From Candidatus Altimarinota bacterium (GTDB lineage: Bacteria; Patescibacteriota; Gracilibacteria; 1-14-2-50-48-13), in assembly GCA_046314355.1 (NCBI GenBank), contig JBKBWQ010000001.1, forward strand, positions 672,001-736,000: a DNA stretch of 64,000 nt, given 5' to 3'. Numbering within the stretch: position 1 is the stretch's first letter; the number at the start of each line of letters is the position of its first letter. Below the pieces are notes generated by a model that saw only the letters and a list, made by a program, of their open reading frames with translations, was not told where the DNA came from and ran no database searches. Of this stretch, positions 27,026 to 36,500 are shown in pieces. Both the position numbers and the translations under genes were made by a program.

Positions 27026-28534
27026 ATGCCAAATACACCTAAAACACGAATTAATATATATTTCTCTGACTTTTTTAATATTGCTCCTAAAGTTATAGAG
27101 GACTTTGGAGCATTAAATATTTCGTTAGTCTCAGATTTACCTTTATTTATAGACCCCTTTCTTCTCTTCCACAGTACAAAAGAACCCTATAAAGAAATTC
27201 ATATTCAAATAATAAAGTATCTACATTTCTTACGAAAGACATCTACATCCGTTAGTATTGGAGACAAAGGAAGATTAAAAACTTTGTATAGTTTTTCAGA
27301 AGTAAAACAAACTTGGTTAGGATTTACCGAAAACAGCAATAAGGGTAAAGGTCTAGGACCAATCTTTGCATCCAAGTTAGACAATAATTTACGCAAAATT
27401 TTTAAACAGTTTGGGGAAGAAGAAGTAACTCAATCAAGTCATCTAGAAAAACTTTGCTTATTAGAGAAAGGTGTTGGAGCAGATTCAATAAGTGATTATA
27501 CGACAAATCTAATATGGGGCTTTCTTGCTGAATATACAGAAGAGTTTGCAAAAGCACATTTATCCGCTGCACAATGTAAATTAGTCACTATCCCAAGAGC
27601 TTTCTTTAATGAAGAAACTGAAATGTGGGTATCAAAGAACTACACATTGCCATATATAAATGGTGATTACGTCCTTTTGACTCCTATAGACATAGTAGCC
27701 AGAGAAAAAAATTGGATAAATAGAGACGATCTTATTAAAGATTTTGAAGCTATTCCTGAAATAATTACTAATGAAGAACTCAGATCTGGTATTAGTAATT
27801 ATTTTTGTAAAAAACTAGCAGAAAAGTCACCTAACTCTTCGCCTACGGCTGAAGATAAAGTATATGCTATTAACAGCACCTTCCATCAATTTCCAGAATT
27901 GATCGATTACTATATTCTCTTAAAAGAAATAACTGGCGACAAAGCTAGTAAGATTAATAAGGAGGAAATAAGCCATATGAGAGAAGCTGTTATTAAAAGA
28001 GCCAATGCATTAGTAGATCTTCTAAGCCATTGTACTAAATTCTATGACATAGAGGGAAATACGTATGAAGAGGCATTAAAACGTATCCAGTATTTAAAAC
28101 ATGTAATAGAGGATGAGGATGGCTATAGAATTTTTCATCAAAATGGCACTGTAAAGAAACGAGAATCTGATATTCATGCACTTTTCAAACTAACTTGGTG
28201 TGGAACTAAGTATGATGTAAATTCTGAGGTAAATAATGGACGTGGTCCTGTAGATTTTAAAGTCTCATTAGGAAGTACTGATAAGACTCTTGTAGAATTT
28301 AAGTTAGCTTCTAACCCTCAGCTAGAAAGGAATTTACGCAATCAGGTAGAAATATATAAAAAGGCTAATAAGACCAAAAAAGCCTTAAAAGTAATATTAT
28401 ACTTCACGAAAGGAGAGTTAATCAAAGTAGAAGGCATCTTAAAAAAATTAGGTAGAGAAAATGATCCAACCATTATACTTATTGATGCACGTAATGATAA
28501 TAAGCCTTCTGCTTCAAAAGCAACCACACATTAA
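27026..28534 (+). CDS. Uncharacterised protein with a probable C-terminal PD-(D/E)XK nuclease fold
   Basis: N-terminal DLPLFIDPFLLF. C-terminal RESDIH...EVNNGRGPVDFKVS...LVEFKLASN...QVEIY matches the D...ExK nuclease pattern. Confidence 0.72.
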   Translation: MPNTPKTRINIYFSDFFNIAPKVIEDFGALNISLVSDLPLFIDPFLLFHSTKEPYKEIHIQIIKYLHFLRKTSTSVSIGDKGRLKTLYSFSEVKQTWLGFTENSNKGKGLGPIFASKLDNNLRKIFKQFGEEEVTQSSHLEKLCLLEKGVGADSISDYTTNLIWGFLAEYTEEFAKAHLSAAQCKLVTIPRAFFNEETEMWVSKNYTLPYINGDYVLLTPIDIVAREKNWINRDDLIKDFEAIPEIITNEELRSGISNYFCKKLAEKSPNSSPTAEDKVYAINSTFHQFPELIDYYILLKEITGDKASKINKEEISHMREAVIKRANALVDLLSHCTKFYDIEGNTYEEALKRIQYLKHVIEDEDGYRIFHQNGTVKKRESDIHALFKLTWCGTKYDVNSEVNNGRGPVDFKVSLGSTDKTLVEFKLASNPQLERNLRNQVEIYKKANKTKKALKVILYFTKGELIKVEGILKKLGRENDPTIILIDARNDNKPSASKATTH

Positions 28535-28551
28535 CATATTTTCAGATAACA

Positions 28552-29373
28552 ATGAAGAAAGAAAAAAGTACAGGTAAATATCAAAAACCGATAACAGGAC
28601 TTATGATTTTGGCATATATATTCTTTGCAAAAGAACTATTACCAACAATCAATGAGGGGTTTGATTTTGTTGCTAATATGACAAAGACATTCGGAGTTGA
28701 TAACTCAAAACAAGTTGTATTTGAACCAGATACATATATCCAAGAAGAACTTTTTGCCAATTTTAAGCCTGGTATGAATAGTCAACTGCTTACTGAGAAA
28801 TTTGGTTATCCAAAGTTAATAAATAATATTAATGACTCAAAGCGCTATTTACAGTGGGAAACTAAGAAATATAGTATGGGAACTATAATTGAAAAGGATA
28901 CAGGAAAAATAGAAATGCTAGCTATATATAGTCCTGAATGTAGAGGTACAGTAAAACTACCAAATACTGACATTCAAGGAGTACTTTGCCAAACAACATA
29001 CCCTATAAAGGAACTTTCAGACGTCACCATGCTTATACTTGGAGGTATGAAATATGGTGGTTATTTTGAAGCATATGCATCTGGAGCATGGAATAGTTTT
29101 CAAAGAGAGTATGTCGGCACAAGCTCAACGGGCACAGCTCCATATGTAGAAACAAGTAAATCAGCTAATCCAATTCTAAATTTTATTTATGATAATGATC
29201 TAGTTCACTTAAATCCAGAATCATTACATTTTAGTGAGTATATAAAAAATCCATCTTTTGTAAAAGCACGGACTGAGTCTAAATATAATTTTTACGCTAC
29301 TAGTAATTATAGCACTGAATTATCTGATCTTGAGACGGTATATACTACAATGGAACGTCCATATACATACTAA
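28552..29373 (+). CDS. Single-pass membrane protein with a large extracytoplasmic domain
   Basis: Basic N-terminus followed by a hydrophobic helix (ITGLMILAYIFFA). 17 bp after the nuclease-like gene. Confidence 0.7.
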   Translation: MKKEKSTGKYQKPITGLMILAYIFFAKELLPTINEGFDFVANMTKTFGVDNSKQVVFEPDTYIQEELFANFKPGMNSQLLTEKFGYPKLINNINDSKRYLQWETKKYSMGTIIEKDTGKIEMLAIYSPECRGTVKLPNTDIQGVLCQTTYPIKELSDVTMLILGGMKYGGYFEAYASGAWNSFQREYVGTSSTGTAPYVETSKSANPILNFIYDNDLVHLNPESLHFSEYIKNPSFVKARTESKYNFYATSNYSTELSDLETVYTTMERPYTY

Positions 29374-29384
29374 TCAGGATTATA

Positions 29385-29930
29385 TTAAAAACTATGGTTA
29401 TCTTCTTTGAGCAGTTCGTAATGTCTTAACGTAGATAGATACTTGGGAGATAAAGCAGATAAATAAGTCCTATTAAGTAATTCTTGAGGTATAGATAAAT
29501 ATCCTCTCAATTCTTTATATAGCGAGTCAATTTCATACAATTCATAAGAAGATTTTGTAGTTGAAGCATCAGCATTGTCATGATACCGGCTTTGGTAATG
29601 TGGGAAAAGCCTATCTAATAGATCATTGTGGACAGTAGAAATTTTGTATCTATTTTGTACACTCTCTAATTCATTTCGAAGCTTTGCAGGATTATGTTTG
29701 TCATTCCCTTTTAATGTAGTTTTTTGTTTGGTTTCTAAATAAAGCAGTGCCTTAATAATCTTTTCAATTGCCTGGCATGCTATTTCTAATCCTGGCTCAA
29801 TTAAACTATTGAGGATTAAGCATCTTGCAGCAAGATAGTCCATATCTGCATGAAATAGAAAAAGCATTGATTCAGCATATTCATTATGAAAATCTTTCGC
29901 CGTTTTAGAAAGCTCTGGAAGTTGAGGCAT
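29385..29930 (-). CDS. HEPN-domain protein
   Basis: Helical HEPN pattern: ADMDYLAAR, ACQAIEKIIKA, KHN, SRY. Confidence 0.78.
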   Translation of the reverse strand: MPQLPELSKTAKDFHNEYAESMLFLFHADMDYLAARCLILNSLIEPGLEIACQAIEKIIKALLYLETKQKTTLKGNDKHNPAKLRNELESVQNRYKISTVHNDLLDRLFPHYQSRYHDNADASTTKSSYELYEIDSLYKELRGYLSIPQELLNRTYLSALSPKYLSTLRHYELLKEDNHSF

Positions 29931-29953
29931 TATATTCGAAGAATAAGTAATAT

Positions 29954-30091
29954 CTAAACCTTAGCGACGAAAATTTTTGTTGTCCACCTATTCTTTGCCA
30001 ATATCTTCTCTACCTGAGCTAAGATAGGAATATACACATATTCCTCAGGCTTATTTTGAATGTAACCATAGCAGGCTTGTTCACCATACAT
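29954..30091 (-). CDS. Orphan integrase C-terminal tail at the distal junction (M-YGEQACYGYIQNKPEEYVYIPILAQVEKILAKNRWTTKIFVAKV)
   Basis: Stop-free frame from the distal CACCATA core to TAG at 29954-56, in frame with the integrase Y-G codons. An ATG from flanking host DNA (30089-91) precedes it. Confidence 0.6.
   Translation of the reverse strand: MYGEQACYGYIQNKPEEYVYIPILAQVEKILAKNRWTTKIFVAKV
30082..30088 (+). other. att core CACCATA at the distal junction
   Basis: Followed by CATTTTCTGGGAAAATTTGAGTA, similar to the tRNA-Arg(TCG) trailer GAATTTTCTTCGAAAATTCGAGTA. Confidence 0.75.
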
Positions 30092-30518
30092 TTTCTGGGA
30101 AAATTTGAGTAAGTAGTCTTAGATGCTTTGCAGAAGGCTTTTTTTGTATCAAGTACTGTTTATTATTTACAAAGTAATGAGCTCATAGGTTAACAAAAAT
30201 CAGACCTAGCCGCAGTGATTTTTCACGTTTTGACAGAAAAAACAGATACTCTACTTAGTCAAAGATATTATTATGAGTAAACCATCACTAGAAGTTCTTG
30301 TGATGGTTTTATACGAAATTTTTCTCGTTTTGTGTATTTTCGTGGATATAATTTCATACACTCTCGTTCAGATATTCTACTCCTATAATTGATTTGCACA
30401 CATTTGGAGCAAAAAAAGTATAAAAGTATTCTAGGACTAGACAAATCTATAGGTCATTGTAAAAAAACACCTGTTCATGCTATAATTTATAGAAGTTATA
30501 CCTCCTATCCCTCCAAAA

Positions 30519-33500
30519 ATGTTTTATACAAAAACAAAAAAGGTATCAACGCTGTTCCTGCTCTCTGCATTTATCTTTGGATTCATACTCAATTCAGAAT
30601 TAGTCTTTGCAGCCAATGTAGCGCCCGTTGCATCCGATGTTTCTATTACTGGCGGCACCAATGTCGGCGACCTTCTTACAGGTAACTACACTTTTAGTGA
30701 TGCTGATAACGATTGGACTGCACTAGGCGGTGCGGGAAATGCATATAATGGTGAAACATGGAGACCAAAAATGAAGGTTGACCAATCAGGAAACGTATAT
30801 TTTGCATTCGGTTCAGATATACCTAATGGTAATAAAGGTACAGTGACAAAATACGATCCTAATACACAAAGCTGGTCATTTGTAGGTACGCCGTATTTCA
30901 CACCTGGAGCTGCTCGTGATGTAGGGCTAGATATTGATTCAAATGGCACTCCTTATTTTGCATTTCAAGATGAAGCAAATTTTTATAGACCCTCAGTGAT
31001 GAAATTTAATGGTACGTCATGGGTATACGTAGGATTACCTGAAGTCTCTAATGTGCCTATAAATAGCCAGTTAAATCTTGTTTTGGATAGTAATGACTTA
31101 CCATATATCTCGTATGTAAATGATACTAATTTTAAACTTAAAGTATTGAGATTCAATGGCACCTCTTGGGTTGATGTTGGTCCTGCTGGTGAACCATCCA
31201 CTGATGCTGCCCGTGGTGGATCTCTTGCTCTTGATGGAAATAATGTACCTTATATTACTTACGCAATCGCGCCCTCTGCTGCGAATGGATATAATTATGG
31301 TAAAGTAATAGTAAAGAAGTTTAATGGTACCTCATGGATTGATGTTGGTCCTGCTGGTGGTGTTAGTGAAGAAACAGCAACTGATGTCACTATGGCTATT
31401 GACTCTAATAACGTACCTTATTTTGTTTATTCCAATACTACTGGAGGTAATAAGGCACTGAAATTCAATGGCAGCGTTTGGGAATATATTGGTTCAAATA
31501 GCGGTTCAGTCACACCAGTATTTGGAGCTAGTAGTCCATATCTAGCCCTCGATGATAATGATGTCCCATACGTAGCTCTTGAGGTTGTTGACTTTAATGA
31601 TGGAACCTACTCTAATTCAGTAAGAAAATTTAATGGTACTTCTTGGGAAACTGTAGGCAGCGATAGTTTTACCCCTGCCCGCGGATATATCCCGGTATTG
31701 GACTTTGATGCAGACCAAAATGTCTATATAGGATTTGAAGACTTTTATTTTTCAGATCCAGATAATGATGTTGTATCTTATGGTACCGTAACGAAATATG
31801 CTATAGTAGATGAGGAAGGAGCATCTACCTATCGATGGCTAAGAGATGGTACTCCTATATCTGGAGCGACCGCTTCGACATACACTATTGTTACTGCCGA
31901 CCGAGGTACCACACTTACCTTTGAGGTCACTCCAGTAGCTGCTACAGGCACTTCTCCAGGTACCGCTGCAACGAGTCCAGCGTACTTCATCCCCGATGAA
32001 CCACCAGAAGCAAGTAATGTCTCTATCACAGGTAATCCGAGAACTGGAGAACTCCTCACCGGAGAATATACCTACAGCGACCCTGATGGGAATCCTGAAG
32101 GAAATACTACATTTCAATGGTTTAAGGATGATACACCCATATCAGATGCAACTACTACTACTTATACAGTTAAACCTAGTGATGTAGGGCATAATATTGC
32201 TTTTGAGGTAAGACCAGTAGCTTCAGCAGGTATCACAAATGGAACCCCTGTACGAAGTGTAAATGTTATGATCCTCAATGCTCCACCAATGGCAAGCAAT
32301 GTTTCAATCTCTGGAAATCCTTATGCAGGAGAAGTGCTTACAGGTCAGTATACCTTTAGCGATGCAGATAGTAATATTTGGAAATCTGTAAATAATAATG
32401 GTGATGCTTCACTTGGAACTAATGCTCAATCTGCTTTCTTGAGAAATGATGCAGCAGGCAAACTCTATATGGGATATGTAGACCAGAATTTCTTAGGTAC
32501 AGTGACAACATATAACACGGTTACAGAGACTTGGGAGTATGTAGGTTCACCTGCCTTCACAAATAGCAATGTATATATGAGCGCATTTGATGTAAGCGAG
32601 ACTGGAACTCCATACTATGCCTTCATGGATGAATCAGTAAATTACCAGGCTACCGTAATGAAATATAACGGATCATCATGGGTACATGTGGGAGCATTAG
32701 GCTTTACGCCAGACCCAGTCAACAACATATATATTGATATAGATAGTAATAACACTCCTTATATTGCCTATTCTTCTCAACTAGACGCTAGTATCTATGT
32801 GATGAAATATAACGGCACAAGCTGGGTACAGGTAGGTACAAGTCCTGCAAGCGCATCTAATGCTTCTTTTGCATTAGATCATGACGGAACACCCTACATC
32901 GCATACTTAGATAACAACCATCTTGATTCTAACTTTAACCCAAAAACAACAGTAAAAAAATTTAATGGTACAGCTTGGGTAACTGTGGGCACAGAGGGAT
33001 TTAGCCAAAATGGAGCAACATACACAAGCATTACATTTGATAGCCAGAACCAGCCATATTTAACCTATGATGATGTAGATCTCTATAAGACAATCACTCA
33101 AAAATTTAATGGTACAGCTTGGGAAACGGTAGGTCAGCCAACAGGAGTAGCATATTCAAATGCTCTTATATCTATTGATGCAAATGATGTGCCATACGTA
33201 GTGTATTCAAATTATGCAAATCAATCATCCTTAAATATCATATCATTTAATGGTACCTCATGGGTACCTGTAGGTGATACAGTTATATCAGATCAAACCG
33301 CAGCAAATCCTACTATAGCATTTGGTCCAAATAATAAGCTTTATACGGGTTACGTGGATTATTCGACTATGGACAGTGCGGCTACTGTAAAGACTCTTGA
33401 TGCTGGCGATATAGAAGGTGCAAGTGAATATGCATGGTTAAAAGACAGTTCTCCTATTTCAGGTGAAACTGGAGTCACATATACAGTCAAAGCTGAAGAT

Positions 33501-36500
33501 ATCGGACATACTATTATATTTCAGGTATCTCCACGTTCAGCTACAGGTACAAATCCTGGAACAACGCAGTCTAGTAGTGGTCTTGTCATTCTGAATTCTA
33601 CTCCAACTGCACCGTCTGATCTTTATGCCAATACTGCCGCAAACGGTGCACAGACAGGTCTTACAAACCCTACAATAACTAGTGCTGACATCGTCCTCTC
33701 AGCTATCTACAATGACCCTGACATGGGTGATACTGCAAATAAATATGATATTCAGATCGGTACTGACACAACATTTACCGCTCTTTATTATGCTAGCGGG
33801 ATGGCAGACATAAGTGATATTGCTCAAGGTGAACGCAGCCCTGATATAGTTCTCAATGGGTTTAATGCTGCAGACAATTTAACGTATTATTGGAGAATCA
33901 AATTCTGGGACGTGAATGGCGAAGAAGGTGCATACTCTCAAGCTGCTGAATTTACCACGGTATTAAATGATATTCCCACCTCACCTACTGATCTTTATGC
34001 AAATACTGCGGCTAATGGTGCACAGACAGGACTTACAAACCCTACTTTAAATGATGAGAATATTGTCTTCTCTGCTGTATACAATGATAATGATCCAACA
34101 GATACAGCAAAGAAATACCAGCTGCAGGTTTCAACAGACATTACCTTCAGCACTACGGATTATGACAGTGGTTCAGGGGTAGTTATTACAGACATCTCTA
34201 CGGGAGAACGCAGCATTGATATTGCTCCAGGATCATTTACTGCTGACGATAATACACCTTACTACTGGAGAATAAAGTTCTGGGATGCAAATGATGCGGA
34301 AGGACCATATTCTGGAACAGCTAGTTTCCTTACAAAAATCAATGATACGCCATCCGCACCAATAGATCTTTTCTCAAATACTGCTAGTGAAGGAGCACAA
34401 AGTGGTCTCAGCAATCCAACTCTTGCAGAAAACGAAATAGTCTTTTCAGCCATTTATACTGATGAAGATGCTACAGATACAGCCAACAAATACCAGCTTG
34501 AAATAAGCTCTGATAGCTCCTTTAATACTATAGTGTATGACAGTGGTTCAACAGGTACAAGTATTGCAGATATCAGCGAAGGAGATAGAAGTACAGATAT
34601 TATTCCTGGATTATTTACAGCTGAAGATGATTCTACTTATTACTGGAGGATAAAGTTCTGGGATGATGAAAATACAGAAGGTGCGTTCTCATCTGCTGCA
34701 AGTTTCACTACAAATATTAATGATGCACCAACAGCACCTACAGATCTCTTTGCAAATGACTCCACAACTGGTGCACAAAGCGGACTTACTGATCCAACTA
34801 CTCTACAGACTAGATCACTTGCCTTCTCTGCTGTCTTTAATGATCCAGATACTAACGATACTTCTACACAGTATCAGCTGCAAATATCTGCAACTAATAC
34901 TTTTAGTTCCACTGTCTATGACTCTGGAGCAGAAAGTATTGCAAGTATTGATGCAGGAGAGCGTTCTTCTGATATTACTACTACCTTTACTCCTGAATAC
35001 GAAACAACATATTACTGGAGAATACGTTTCTGGGATGCTGAGACTACGGCAGGAGCATATTCCTCCGCAGCTACATTCTCTGTACCTGATCAGGATGCTC
35101 CTGTAGTTACTAGTACGACGCCAGCAGATGGTGCAACAAACGTATCTACTTCCACAGAAGTAAAACTAAGCATTACTGACCTACTCTCTGAAGTGGATCT
35201 TGATTCTCTTGATATTTCAATAGGCGGCTCCAATGCTATTACCGATGGAGTTTGTGAACAAAATAATTTCAACTGCAGCACCAATCCAATCACAAACGGA
35301 TATGAGATCGTAATTACAAATACGAGTGGTGGATATGCTGCAAATACTCAGCACACAGTGGCATACTCTGTGCAGGATACTGCAGCTACACCAAATGTCC
35401 TTTCTGATGACTTCAGCTTTACTACTCTTGCAGCTCCTGATGCTCCTAGTGATCTCTATGCAAATATTTCCAGTACAGGTGTACAGAGCGGACTTGCAAA
35501 TCCTATGGATCTTAATGGACAGTCAGTTGCCGTATCAGCTGTACACAATGATCCACAGACAGAGGCGGCAGAAAGCTATAGACTTGAAGTTTCTACAGAT
35601 AATGGATTCAGTACGATCATCTTTGATAGCGGAAAGACACAGCTTACTTCTTCCGTCGCGGATGGAGCAAGAAGTCCTAGTATTACAATACCTGAGACTC
35701 TCGTAGATAATACGACATATTACTGGAGAATACGTTTCTGGAGTAATGCCGGTGAAGGTACACCTGCAACTGCAAGCTTTGGAATTCACCTCAATAGTGC
35801 GCCAACAGCACCAACAAATCTCTTTGCAAATGATGCATCCTCCGGAGCACAGACAGGTCTGACAAATCCTACAGATCTTAATAGTACTTCCCTCACCTTC
35901 TCTGGAATATACAACGATCCAGATACTGGCGATATAGCAAATAAGTATCAGCTTCAGATAAGTACTGATAATAACTTTTCGGCCATTGCATATGACAGCG
36001 GATCAACTGGTACAAGTATCACAAATATCATAGCTGGAAACCGCTCAGAGGATATCATTCTTGGAACAAGCTTTACTCCTGTAAGAGGAACAACCTACTA
36101 CTACCGTATTAAGTTCTGGGATGATAGTAATACAGAAGGAGCATTCTCCGCATCTGGTACGAGCAGTGCAACTTTCAAAGTAAAACTTGCTAACACTCCA
36201 ACACCTACTCCTCCAGTATCCGGCGGAGGTGGAGGCGGCGGATATACACCTCCGGCACCAGTAGGGACAAACACTAATACGAATGTACCTAGTACAAATG
36301 CCAATAACAATTCTACGAATACAAATAGTAATACTACTCCGAACAATAATACAAACACTACATCCCCAAACCAGAATAGTACAAATCCAAATACTTCAGG
36401 CTCAGGAGGAACTACTCAAACACCAGAGACTTCACACTCTCTCTGCAAGATTATGAGACCCTTTGATACTACAATCAGCGACGCTATTACTGAATCAGAA

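Larger units (their letters stand above)
20802..30088. mobile_element. ~9.28 kb integrative element (defence-like island) inserted at the 3' end of tRNA-Arg(GCG)
   Basis: Serine integrase at the left end and a CACCATA direct repeat at 20802-20808 and 30082-30088. The sequence after 30088 resembles the trailers of the other tRNA genes. Cargo is visibly AT-rich. Confidence 0.82.

Noticed and set aside
20713-30088. Prophage or conjugative element
   Set aside because: No capsid, terminase, relaxase, T4SS or replication genes are recognisable.
33590-36190. Repeated TACTGGAGAAT...TTCTGGGA DNA motifs as CRISPR or DGR repeats
   Set aside because: They encode the in-frame YYWRIKFWD protein repeats with synonymous variation. 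There is no reverse transcriptase and no adenine-specific pattern.
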